This document shows, in pieces, positions 49,671-57,831 of a DNA stretch of 64,000 nt; positions within the stretch are counted from its first letter, which is position 1; each line of letters starts with the position of its first letter. The stretch comes from a virus. Under the pieces are notes generated by a model. It made no database searches, had not been told where the DNA came from, and was given only the letters and a program-made list of their open reading frames with translations. The stretch lies in IMG/VR virus record IMGVR_UViG_3300044620_001904, positions 1 to 64,000 of that record; one strand, 5' to 3'. The translations under genes were made by a program, and so were the position numbers.

Positions 49671-50285
49671 TTATGACATATACAAAAGGGTGGGATTATC
49701 TTTTTGAACCGCAATTTTTTCACCGTGCATTTTTCTAAATTCTTCTAAATTGAAAGGTCTTGTGATTAGGTGAAAACCATTTTTGGTCGGAATTGTGGTT
49801 ATAGTATCATCTTTACCGGTTTGAAAAATTAAACTTTGGATGTTTGAAATTAAATTATTGTAAAATACATGTCTTTTAACCTCGCTCAAATCAAAATCTT
49901 TATGGTCAATATCAATAATCCATTTTTTATCTTTTTCATTTGAAAATGAACCGCAGACAGATTCGTAAGCCTTTCTAACCGATTTAAAATCCTTATTCAT
50001 AATTTGATCAGTAACCTTTTTTAAGGTATGAAAAGCGATTTTTTCATATGACCTACGATTAAGATTTATACAAGCCCTCGCATTATGGAAATTACAAAGA
50101 TGAATAATTTCATCAATTTTTGAATCCAAATATTCTATTGAATTGATGTAATATGTTTTGACCACATAAGAATTTGATCCAAGCTCAGGATTTTCTTTTT
50201 TGCGTTTCAAAATCTGAAGATGATAAAAATCATCCTCAGATTCAAAAGTTAGTAAATCTTTTATTGCAACTATATTATCTATCAT
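49671..50285 (-). CDS. Hypothetical protein (possible AEP/primpol-like fold)
   Basis: KWIIDID and TKNGFH motifs. Confidence 0.45.
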   Translation of the reverse strand: MIDNIVAIKDLLTFESEDDFYHLQILKRKKENPELGSNSYVVKTYYINSIEYLDSKIDEIIHLCNFHNARACINLNRRSYEKIAFHTLKKVTDQIMNKDFKSVRKAYESVCGSFSNEKDKKWIIDIDHKDFDLSEVKRHVFYNNLISNIQSLIFQTGKDDTITTIPTKNGFHLITRPFNLEEFRKMHGEKIAVQKDNPTLLYMS

Positions 50286-50950
50286 TTTTCTGAAAGTAAA
50301 AATTTGTTTGAGATGACTTTGAATGAAACTGATTTGTCATAAGACCTAATAACGATACCTTCTCTATCAAAATTTTGATTTAATTGTGATTTATCATCTG
50401 CAAAGTTAATTAATTCATCAATAGTTTCAGGTAGTTTGAAATCCTCAGATAATACAGGTACGTAACTAAGACCTAAAAAAGCCATAACATAAATAAAATC
50501 CGCGAATTCGTAATATTTGAAATTATCAATATCAAATATATTAAAAAATTTAACAGTTTGACCGATAACTTTATATGGATTTCCTTGTATACCTTCACCT
50601 ATAAGTTCACCCTGAAATGAAATATTTTTATTCAAACTTTTCATTTTATTTTCTAAATCCAAAATTCTTGCAACTCTCCAAAATGTGTTGGTTTCACTTT
50701 CTAAAAGTTCCAAATTACGAGAACATATACCAAACTCACCATCTTTGACATAAAATGTTGCAGAGGAACCATCAAGTTTTTCTGTAACATAGTAGGTATG
50801 TTTTTTCATTTCTTCATACTCAGAAGATAAGTTCTGACAATTATGAACAAGCACACCATTAGCGTAAAAATTATTTACATTTTCAACCCCAACATCGTAA
50901 CGCTTAGATTTATTTTTTATTTTTTTTATTGTTTTAATCTTATCTAACAT
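50282..50950 (-). CDS. Split intein C-half (37 aa) fused to the C-terminal half of a DRB0094-family RNA ligase
   Basis: YDVGVENVNNFYANGVLVHN|CQN; then TEKLDGSS, CSRN, QGELIG, REGIV and SFKVISNKFLL motifs. Confidence 0.9.
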   Translation of the reverse strand: MLDKIKTIKKIKNKSKRYDVGVENVNNFYANGVLVHNCQNLSSEYEEMKKHTYYVTEKLDGSSATFYVKDGEFGICSRNLELLESETNTFWRVARILDLENKMKSLNKNISFQGELIGEGIQGNPYKVIGQTVKFFNIFDIDNFKYYEFADFIYVMAFLGLSYVPVLSEDFKLPETIDELINFADDKSQLNQNFDREGIVIRSYDKSVSFKVISNKFLLSEK

Positions 50951-51912
50951 AATATTTCTTTTAATGCATTTAACAATTCAAAGTCACTCATATGATTAAT
51001 ATCACTTTCCCAAAGATAATAAACCTTATAGCCTTTTGATTCGATTAATTTAAGTTTTTTTTTATCTTTTTCCCAAACATCCTTAACGGTTAACCCATTT
51101 AGTAAAATATCAGATTCTTTATATAATTTAGGGCTACCATGCCAGAAGTCCCCCTGAACTTCAATTATGATTTTATTTTTAAAAATTAAATCCCAATTAT
51201 AACTATATAAAAAACCATTTGCCGTATAAGTAATATTTAATTCATTTAGAATTGATTGTATCCTTAATTCTTGTTTACTAACATATTTTAAATTACCTCT
51301 GGCCTTTTCAGTTAAAGATCTTAATTCATCTGTTGATAGTTTAGATAATCTATCTTTTTGAGATTTTGATATTTTTTCTTTAACCCAACCTAGTTGAGCT
51401 GGATTAATTATATTATCGCCATATCTTAACTTTAAAGTTTCTTTACTTTTTTTCAATACTTCGGTGTAGTTAATTTTTGAAATTGCATATTTTCTTATTG
51501 TTTCATTATTAAAATTGTTTTCATATCCATAGTTTTTAAAAAATGTGTTTTTCTTTTTTAATTTCACATCTTCGGATTGAGAAGGATTTTTAACACCGTA
51601 GCGATCAATTAAAGTTTTTTCAAATTTGTCTTTATATTGTTTAGTTTTTTTACTTTCGCTAGCAGTTCGTTTAATACCCAATAATAAAATATAATTACCA
51701 ACACTAACACCATATTTTTTTTTGATATCATCAATAGTACTCCCATCCAAATACATATTTTTAATATCGATCAAATTAATAGGTATTTTGGTTTCTAATG
51801 ATTTTAAATATAGAACCTCATTTTCAAGCTTATTATTAGGGTGATGATGATTAATATGTATTTTTAAATGATTTTTTTTTATAAACTCTTTTTTACAAAT
51901 TAGACATTCCAT
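50944..51912 (-). CDS. Free-standing endonuclease (Vsr/DUF559-like PD-(D/E)XK) between the split-intein halves
   Basis: C2H2 N-terminus, RYGVKNPSQ-type repeats, IIEVQGDFWHG...GYKVYYLWE motif. Confidence 0.82.
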   Translation of the reverse strand: MECLICKKEFIKKNHLKIHINHHHPNNKLENEVLYLKSLETKIPINLIDIKNMYLDGSTIDDIKKKYGVSVGNYILLLGIKRTASESKKTKQYKDKFEKTLIDRYGVKNPSQSEDVKLKKKNTFFKNYGYENNFNNETIRKYAISKINYTEVLKKSKETLKLRYGDNIINPAQLGWVKEKISKSQKDRLSKLSTDELRSLTEKARGNLKYVSKQELRIQSILNELNITYTANGFLYSYNWDLIFKNKIIIEVQGDFWHGSPKLYKESDILLNGLTVKDVWEKDKKKLKLIESKGYKVYYLWESDINHMSDFELLNALKEILC

Positions 51913-51961
51913 AACATATTTATTTACATATAAATATCTAACTTTATATAAAAAACAGAAC

Positions 51962-52714
51962 TTAATCCGTTATTTTTACAACTTCATCACCTAAAAGTTC
52001 TTTAACTTCTCTATAACAATTAAGTTCTGGTAACCAAATTCTATGGTTACCTGTTAGTTTAAGAATTTTACCTGAAATTAATTCAATTTCATACCAATCA
52101 TTATTATTTTTTTGTACTGAGTGAGAATTTATGGTGTTCATTTCGTTTTTGTTTTCAAAAACATTAAAACTCAAAACTTTACCAATATATTTAGTTTCAC
52201 AAATTTCTTTGATTGTTTTAATACCATCTTCAGTTATTAATTCGGTTTCTTCAGATAAACATCTCACCTCGTCGGTTTTAGATATAAATGATGGAAACAA
52301 ACCTTTTACCTTACCAGCAAGTTCTGCCGGAATTGGAGGCTCGTATTTATTAATCCCCAACATCATAGTTACATCCATACCAACCTTAAAATCTAAGTTA
52401 GTGTAATTAATTAACGATAAAGGTAAAATCAAACCTTGACTAACCTGTCCGCGAAGTTTTACGGTTCTCAAACGAAAACCTTCAGAACCGTCGGCCATCT
52501 TTTTATATGATGATTTTCGCAAAAATTCGAATTCAGGTTTAATAGGTAAAAATGAGTCAATTTCGCAATAAACTACTTTGTCACCAACTTTGTGACCTAC
52601 ATCTTTTGCAACAACTACTTTCCATCCATCAACGATGGCCAATTCTATTTTATCAGCACCCTCAATTGGGCGCAAATCAGATATAATTCTAATACTTGCT
52701 AATTTTCTTTCCAT
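51962..52714 (-). CDS. N-terminal half of the DRB0094-family RNA ligase fused to the split intein N-half (99 aa)
   Basis: RKLASI...PIEGADKIE...YCEIDSFLP...LRGQVSQGL...KTDEVR|CLSEET...LTGNHRIW. Confidence 0.9.
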   Translation of the reverse strand: MERKLASIRIISDLRPIEGADKIELAIVDGWKVVVAKDVGHKVGDKVVYCEIDSFLPIKPEFEFLRKSSYKKMADGSEGFRLRTVKLRGQVSQGLILPLSLINYTNLDFKVGMDVTMMLGINKYEPPIPAELAGKVKGLFPSFISKTDEVRCLSEETELITEDGIKTIKEICETKYIGKVLSFNVFENKNEMNTINSHSVQKNNNDWYEIELISGKILKLTGNHRIWLPELNCYREVKELLGDEVVKITD

Positions 52715-52719
52715 TTTTT

Positions 52720-53094
52720 TTAAATTTTTTCAGTAAATAAACCATCTTTTATTGCCAAATCAAACATCTCTAAGATATCTTTATAAAATAGTTCATATTT
52801 CAAAATTTCAAGCTCACCTTCTTTTTCAATATCAATGTCATCAAACCATTCGGGTTTTAAGTCATATAGATTAATATTATCTTTTACCGCATGTTTTAAA
52901 ACAGGATAAAACTCATTCAACAACCATTTAGTATTATCCCAAATAAATTCATATGAAAAACCACCATTAGAGTTCTTACGATTGACGCAATTAAAAGAAC
53001 GATTATAAAAATTACCATCATTATCAACCAATGCCGATAATTCAAATTGAATATATTCAATTTGTTCTGAGCAATATTTAACTACTTTAAACAT
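52720..53094 (-). CDS. Hypothetical protein
   Basis: Operonic ORF. Confidence 0.5.
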   Translation of the reverse strand: MFKVVKYCSEQIEYIQFELSALVDNDGNFYNRSFNCVNRKNSNGGFSYEFIWDNTKWLLNEFYPVLKHAVKDNINLYDLKPEWFDDIDIEKEGELEILKYELFYKDILEMFDLAIKDGLFTEKI

Positions 53095-53313
53095 TTTATA
53101 AAAAATCGATTTTCATCCCACAAACTAAATATTTGTCGGTTTTTCGGTGGGGTTATATAAAATTAATTGATAATTTCTAATTATCAAAATCATCTGAACG
53201 GAATTTTCCTTTTTTGTCCTGATTTTTTTTGTTTGACTTGTTTTTGTTGTGATTACCGTTTGAACTCTTAGATTTCGGCATATCACCTTTCTGATTACGA
53301 TACGTTTTACCCA

Positions 53314-53559
53314 TTAGTATTTTGTAACTGAATAATTTCCACAAACAATTTGTTCATTATCAAATATATCATTAAAGAAAATACAACCACTTTCTTGTTT
53401 GATAATGTTTTTTGCCTGATAACACCTTCCTATTTCGTTTGAAGTTATTTCATAATAAGTCTTGTTTGAACTTATATTTGTATTAAAAATAAAATTCATC
53501 GCAAATATTAGAACAATTGAAACTATAACAAATATTGAGTTTTTTTTCAAACCGAGCAT
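53314..53559 (-). CDS. Small membrane-anchored hypothetical protein
   Basis: N-terminal transmembrane helix. Confidence 0.5.
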   Translation of the reverse strand: MLGLKKNSIFVIVSIVLIFAMNFIFNTNISSNKTYYEITSNEIGRCYQAKNIIKQESGCIFFNDIFDNEQIVCGNYSVTKY

Positions 53560-53573
53560 TTTTTTACAAAAAT

Positions 53574-53795
53574 CTAAAACTTTACCAAAAAGTCAATATG
53601 TGCAAAACCTTTATTTGTATGAACTGTAATTTCATTTTCATCAATTCTAGGCTCAAAACTCAAAATTGTTGCAAAACCAGCTTCTTTATCTTCATGTCTT
53701 ACAACTTCTCCTACGGTAAAAATATTACCATATGAATTTATAGCTGTGTTATTATCAACAGATATGAAATTTTGTCTTTTTGATATATTTTCCAT
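53574..53795 (-). CDS. Hypothetical protein
   Basis: Operonic ORF. Confidence 0.45.
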   Translation of the reverse strand: MENISKRQNFISVDNNTAINSYGNIFTVGEVVRHEDKEAGFATILSFEPRIDENEITVHTNKGFAHIDFLVKF

Positions 53796-53796
53796 G

Positions 53797-54465
53797 TTAA
53801 CCAACAACATTTTTTAATTCATCAGTATGGTGATCAAACTCCATATCTGAAATGATATTACGTTTAATCATAATCGGAATAATCTCTTCAATTAAATTAT
53901 AAGGTCTAAATTCTGTGGAACCATCAATACCAACATCCATTTTGCGACCTTTACCAAATTTTTTGTGGTTTGGTAAATGAACATGCCCGTGAAGATGGAT
54001 CACACCTTTATTTAAACCATTCCAAGATGAGAGGGGGTAGTGCATTAAAACAAATTTTTTACCACCAACAGATAATTCAACATAATCATTTACGCTTTTA
54101 AATAATCCTTTACACCCACCTCTATTTCTTTCAATGTTATGATCGTGATTACCTAAAATCAAATGTATGTTTTTACAAACAATTCTATCCCAAAAATTAC
54201 GAATGTTCTCAAAACCTCCAAAAGACCAATCACCAAGATGAAATAAAATATCATCTTGATTAACAAATTCATTAATATTATTGACAATAGATGCATTCAT
54301 ACTATCTATGGATTCAAAATCTCTAGTCTGATCAATAGGAATTGATCCATCGTTTAACCTCCAATCTGTAACTCCACGACAAATATTTTTGTGCCCATAA
54401 TGAGTATCTGAGGTGATCCAAATATTTTGAGATGAACTTGATAGTTCTATTTTAATACTACTCAT
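53797..54465 (-). CDS. Calcineurin-like metallophosphoesterase
   Basis: SDTH, LGD, GNHD, HYP and HGHVH motifs. Confidence 0.9.
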   Translation of the reverse strand: MSSIKIELSSSSQNIWITSDTHYGHKNICRGVTDWRLNDGSIPIDQTRDFESIDSMNASIVNNINEFVNQDDILFHLGDWSFGGFENIRNFWDRIVCKNIHLILGNHDHNIERNRGGCKGLFKSVNDYVELSVGGKKFVLMHYPLSSWNGLNKGVIHLHGHVHLPNHKKFGKGRKMDVGIDGSTEFRPYNLIEEIIPIMIKRNIISDMEFDHHTDELKNVVG

Positions 54466-54503
54466 AGATTACAAAGGTATAAAAAAATTTTAAAAAAACA
54501 AAA

Positions 54504-54911
54504 TCAAAATTGAAATTGTTCAAATGCTTTTAAGTATGATGAAATATTTTCAGCCCCTACCGGATTCATTGAATGGACGACAAATTTTGGTAATTTTAAA
54601 CTATTATCTAAGCAATAATCAACCAACCATTTGGCACAATCTAAACCTGTTTTTTCTTTAAAAGATTTTGACATGTCATCATAATTTGTCAAATACAATG
54701 ATTGATCATAATGTTCGTCAGCAAGATCGTGATCAAATGAAATTAAATAAGGTAATCCATTTGTTGATATGTAGTTAACAAATTCATCGTAGTTTTTAAC
54801 CACAATCCATTCTTCTCGGGTATACATTGCAGAATCCTCGGTTCTTAACCTCATATATGAAACGCAATGATCAGGATTTCTGAAATCGTCTAAAAATAAG
54901 TAAGTTTTCAT
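54504..54911 (-). CDS. Cyclic-phosphate-processing receiver domain protein
   Basis: LFLDDFR, ISFDHDL, TGLDCAKWL and HSMNPVG motifs. Confidence 0.8.
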   Translation of the reverse strand: MKTYLFLDDFRNPDHCVSYMRLRTEDSAMYTREEWIVVKNYDEFVNYISTNGLPYLISFDHDLADEHYDQSLYLTNYDDMSKSFKEKTGLDCAKWLVDYCLDNSLKLPKFVVHSMNPVGAENISSYLKAFEQFQF

Positions 54912-54937
54912 ATTACAAAGATAGTAAAAAAATGATG

Positions 54938-55022
54938 CGGAGAACAGAGGAATCGAACCTCACACAAAATTTGTGCGTCATTCTTAGCAGGAAGGCCCCA
55001 TCGCCATCAGGGATTATTCTCC
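54938..55022 (-). tRNA. tRNA-Ser(GCU)
   Basis: GGAGAAU/GUUCUCC-G acceptor, loop CU-GCU-AA, long variable arm. Confidence 0.85.
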
Positions 55023-55028
55023 GTATTG

Positions 55029-55101
55029 TTGTTTAGGAGGGAATCGAACCCCCACCTTAGCGTCCGTTGCGCTAAATTCTAATCCATTAAACTACTAAAC
55101 A
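55029..55101 (-). tRNA. tRNA-Arg(ACG) with A33
   Basis: UAGCG-CA-ACG-GA-CGCUA. Confidence 0.75.
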
Positions 55102-55391
55102 ATAAATCCAACAATTTGGTTTTTTTCACTTTTATATTGTGTTAAAAGCATAAGTTCGGTAACTTCATCTTTAGTGCAGTATCCTTGAACATCTTCTTGC
55201 CAACTTGTCCAAACTTCAAAAGTGGTTTCACCATCACCATAAAGACCAGTTCCTCCTCCAACGACAGATATTGCATGGCCATTTGGAAATTCCATAACCG
55301 CATGAATGGCTCCCACATTAAAATAGTTACGATGCGGTTTGAAAACCAAATCATCAAATGTTTTTACTTTATATTTTTCAAAAAAATCCAT
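55095..55391 (-). CDS. Hypothetical protein within the tRNA array
   Basis: 98-aa ORF with FPNGHAISVV...YGDGETTFEV. Confidence 0.6.
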   Translation of the reverse strand: MDFFEKYKVKTFDDLVFKPHRNYFNVGAIHAVMEFPNGHAISVVGGGTGLYGDGETTFEVWTSWQEDVQGYCTKDEVTELMLLTQYKSEKNQIVGFIV

Positions 55392-55424
55392 AATATATTT
55401 TTTTAAATTGTTGGTATAATTTTG

Positions 55425-55507
55425 TGAGTAAGGTAGGATTCGAACCTACACGAATTTCTCCACCGGCTTCTAAGGACGGCGCGTTCTACCAGTTTCGCCA
55501 CTTACTC
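55425..55507 (-). tRNA. tRNA-Leu(UAG)
   Basis: Leu-type D arm; loop CU-UAG-AA. Confidence 0.85.
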
Positions 55508-55514
55508 AATTTTT

Positions 55515-55590
55515 GGGTGTTGTATGGGATTTGAGCCCATGACCTTCTGAACCACAATCAGACGTTCTCACCAACTGAACTAACAACACC
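55515..55590 (-). tRNA. tRNA-His(GUG)
   Basis: UCUGA-UU-GUG-GU-UCAGA; G-1 present. Confidence 0.85.
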
Positions 55591-55595
55591 ATATT

Positions 55596-55683
55596 TGGCG
55601 GAAAAGAGAGGTGTCGATCCCCACACCACGAAGGTGCCACTAGTTTTCAAGACTAGGTTTAGCGCCGGCTAAATTTCTCTTCC
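55596..55683 (-). tRNA. tRNA-Ser(UGA)
   Basis: CUAGU-CU-UGA-AA-ACUAG; long variable arm; GCCA end encoded. Confidence 0.85.
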
Positions 55684-55691
55684 ATTTGTTG

Positions 55692-55764
55692 TGGAACAGA
55701 AAAGAATCGAACTTTTATTGCTCGCTCTTCATGCGAGTGCCTTGACCAACTAGGCTACTGTTCC
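55692..55764 (-). tRNA. tRNA-Phe(GAA)
   Basis: CUCGC-AU-GAA-GA-GCGAG. Confidence 0.8.
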
Positions 55765-55797
55765 ATATATTTTACAAATATACAAAAAATATTTCGT

Positions 55798-55869
55798 ACC
55801 GCCAACAAGAATCGAACTTGTAATTAAACCTTATGAGAGTTCCGTGATAAACCGTTTCACTATGGCGGC
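55798..55869 (-). tRNA. tRNA-Met(CAU)
   Basis: Loop CU-CAU-AA; full cloverleaf. Confidence 0.8.
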
Positions 55870-55875
55870 ATTTAG

Positions 55876-55947
55876 AGCACCATGAGAATTTTGAAATCTC
55901 GACTTCTAGTTTGGAAGACTAGCGCTCTGCCTCTGAGCTAATGATGC
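55876..55947 (-). tRNA. tRNA-Gly(UCC)
   Basis: CUAGU-CU-UCC-AA-ACUAG; U73. Confidence 0.85.
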
Positions 55948-55954
55948 TTTTATG

Positions 55955-56038
55955 TTACCGGGGTAGGGTTCGAACCTACACAGGGATTTCTCCCAACAGA
56001 TCCAAAATCTGCTCGCTTGCCAATTTGCATACCCGGCA
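55955..56038 (-). tRNA. tRNA-Gln(UUG) with long variable arm
   Basis: GCAGA-UU-UUG-GA-UCUGU; variable arm GGGA-GAAA-UCCC; U1-A72. Confidence 0.75.
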
Positions 56039-56181
56039 ATTTTGATGAGTCACGGACTTGTGTACCGTATGTCCCCCTTTAAATTATTCACTAACCCAGG
56101 GTGTGGGGAAACTCATCATAATAACCCCCTTGATCGGATTAACGGACCGACTGCCATATCGGAAGTGGGGGTTAGACTCCG

Positions 56182-56268
56182 TAGTCCTGGTCGGATTCGA
56201 ACCGACACGGGCTTCTCAGCCCAACAGATTTTAAGTCTGTCGCGTCCTACCAATTTCGCCACAGGACC
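56182..56268 (-). tRNA. tRNA-Leu(UAA)
   Basis: ACAGA-CU-UAA-AA-UCUGU; long variable arm. Confidence 0.9.
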
Positions 56269-56273
56269 ATATA

Positions 56274-56461
56274 AAACACCCTAATTTATCCAACTTACAG
56301 GTGTTGCGGTTGTCCTCATTTCTGAGTTAGGAATAGTCATTTGTCCTTACGAGGTCGAGTTGACTTGCTCTGAAGTTATCCCCCTCCACTCCAATGTAGG
56401 TTCCCATACGGCGATCAAACCGTTTTTCATCGTATTGGGCGTACTATCCGTTGTCGTGTTT
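56274..56461 (-). ncRNA. Unknown ~188-nt structured RNA
   Basis: GC-elevated, closed by AAACAC/GUGUUU, internal hairpins. Confidence 0.45.
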
Positions 56462-56470
56462 CGGAACGTG

Positions 56471-56576
56471 TAGTCAGGACAGGATTCGAACCTGTATGGG
56501 TTTTTGAGACATCACTTCCTCTCGGTGTTCCACCCAGTTTATTTCAACTTGCGTCTACCAATTCCGCCACCTGACT
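56471..56576 (-). ncRNA. tRNA-like element A (AGUCAGG acceptor, no canonical anticodon arm)
   Basis: AGUCAGG-UGGCGGAAUUGGUAGACGC-[variable]-UACAGGUUCGAAUCCUGU-CCUGACU-A. Confidence 0.7.
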
Positions 56577-56581
56577 ATTCG

Positions 56582-56725
56582 TTATTTCATTTTTTGTACT
56601 TCTTCAATTAACTCAATAAACATTGATTTTGTTATATGTTCCTGCTTTACCCACATATAAATTACCCCCATTCTTTCGTGGTAATCTTTTTTAACTTGTA
56701 ATTTTTCAATCAAATCTTTTATCAT
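56582..56725 (-). CDS. 47-aa hypothetical protein between tRNA-like elements A and B
   Basis: Probable start MIKDLIEKLQ; the longer ORF call runs into element B. Confidence 0.45.
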   Translation of the reverse strand: MIKDLIEKLQVKKDYHERMGVIYMWVKQEHITKSMFIELIEEVQKMK

Positions 56726-56744
56726 AACCTCGTATTTTATTTTG

Positions 56745-56858
56745 TAGTCAGGACAGGATTCGAACCTGTAATGATATGCCCCGCACATATCTGGATGGTC
56801 TAGAATTAGTTGTATAATTCGGAATTCACCACAATGTTACCAATTACACCACCTGACT
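56745..56858 (-). ncRNA. tRNA-like element B
   Basis: Acceptor and T arm identical to A; unrelated middle region with two hairpins. Confidence 0.7.
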
Positions 56859-56860
56859 AT

Positions 56861-56940
56861 TTGAGGATGAGAAGTCCTCTGTGTTGTAAGTTTTAGAACC
56901 AAAGGAACCGCACTCATCCATCCTTTCTCAAGGGAACAAC
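56861..56940 (-). ncRNA. Small RNA with loop-loop (kissing) pseudoknot
   Basis: UCC[CUUGAGAAA]GGA and GAGGA[CUUCUCA]UCCUC have complementary loops UGAGAA/UUCUCA; GUUGU/ACAAC stem. Confidence 0.5.
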
Positions 56941-56947
56941 AAATTAG

Positions 56948-57021
56948 TAGTCAGGATTGGACTCGAACCTGTTTTTCCTCCTTCCCTTTGTCGGAAGTTG
57001 TGCTCCTTACACCACCTGACT
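56948..57021 (-). ncRNA. tRNA-like element C
   Basis: Same AGUCAGG/CCUGACU-A acceptor; CUUCC-GACAAAG-GGAAG arm; imperfect T stem. Confidence 0.6.
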
Positions 57022-57023
57022 AT

Positions 57024-57234
57024 TCACCCCACCTTGAGATTTGAGGTGAGTAGTTATTTCGGTTTTCTATTTCTTAAAAACCTGCGGGGCGTCCCCCATT
57101 AAAACAGCCAACACTACTGGGAGAGATTGTGTCAGTCCCTTTATCCCACGATGTCCCACTCTAGCCGTAGACATTCTGCTAGTCCATTGTTAAATGAGTC
57201 TTGGACAAAAGACTGCTGAGTATCTCTTACTCAT
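57024..57234 (-). ncRNA. Unknown ~210-nt structured RNA
   Basis: UGAGUA-AGAGA-UACUCA hairpin; AGUCUU-UUGUCC-AAGACU with GUCCA/UGGAC pseudoknot potential; further stems. Confidence 0.45.
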
Positions 57235-57236
57235 TG

Positions 57237-57324
57237 TGGGTAGGGAGGGACTCGAACCCCCGATGTTGTGTCTAAAGACCTTTGATTTACAGTCAAAGCC
57301 GTTCGCCGCTACGGTAACCTACCC
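57237..57324 (-). tRNA. tRNA-Tyr(GUA)
   Basis: UUUGA-CU-GUA-AA-UCAAA; long variable arm. Confidence 0.88.
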
Positions 57325-57332
57325 GACGATAA

Positions 57333-57429
57333 AATAGGAAAATAGAAGATGGGCGCGTGGACATCTATTTTTATGATTAGCATTACTATAAACACCTCCA
57401 CCAAAATGGTATTCCCTAATCAACCTATT
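57333..57429 (-). ncRNA. Unknown ~97-nt stem-closed RNA
   Basis: AAUAGG/CCUAUU closing stem, UGAUUAG/CUAAUCA, AGAUG/CAUCU, GUGGA/UCCAC loop complementarity. Confidence 0.4.
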
Positions 57430-57430
57430 G

Positions 57431-57504
57431 TACCCCCTCTAAGAATCGAACTTAGGACATATTGCTTGTAAAACAATCACTCTTAACCACTGAGTTAAGG
57501 GGGT
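57431..57504 (-). tRNA. tRNA-Val(UAC)
   Basis: AUUGU-UU-UAC-AA-GCAAU. Confidence 0.85.
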
Positions 57505-57510
57505 GTATTG

Positions 57511-57583
57511 CGTACCTCCAAGGATTCGAACCCTGAACAAACGGGTTGGAACCGTTTATGATAAACCATTTCACCAGAGATAC
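57511..57583 (-). tRNA. tRNA-Trp(CCA)
   Basis: AACGG-UU-CCA-AC-CCGUU. Confidence 0.85.
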
Positions 57584-57589
57584 GTATTG

Positions 57590-57662
57590 AGAGCAGTGAG
57601 GGATTCAAACCCCCGTGTTTCTCCTTTGCAGGGAGTTGCCTAATCGCTCGAGCCAACTGCTC
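57590..57662 (-). tRNA. tRNA-Cys(GCA)
   Basis: Loop CU-GCA-AA; U73. Confidence 0.85.
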
Positions 57663-57667
57663 TTATG

Positions 57668-57742
57668 TCTTCAGGGGCGGGCTCGAACCGCCGACCTCTT
57701 GGATATCAGCCAAGGATTCTAAACCAACTGAACTACCTGAAG
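57668..57742 (-). tRNA. tRNA-Ile(GAU)
   Basis: CUUGG-CU-GAU-AU-CCAAG. Confidence 0.88.
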
Positions 57743-57748
57743 ATTATG

Positions 57749-57822
57749 TAGTGAGGATGGGACTTGAACCCATGACTGCATGTGTATAAGACATGTATTC
57801 TAACCAACTGAATTACCTCACT
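57749..57822 (-). tRNA. tRNA-Ile(UAU)
   Basis: CAUGU-CU-UAU-AC-ACAUG. Confidence 0.82.
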
Positions 57823-57831
57823 ATAATTAAG

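Noticed and set aside
50944-51961. Group I intron interrupting the RNA ligase
   Set aside because: No flanking RNA core: the intein N-half ends in a stop, the endonuclease has its own promoter and overlaps the C-half start, consistent with a split intein
56042-56284. ORFs 56042..56284, 60382..60591 and 46894..47082
   Set aside because: They overlap tRNAs or structured RNAs and promoters and show no protein features
56471-57021. Repeat-spacer pattern as a CRISPR array
   Set aside because: The repeats are tRNA acceptor/T arms, spacing is irregular, and there are no cas genes in the window
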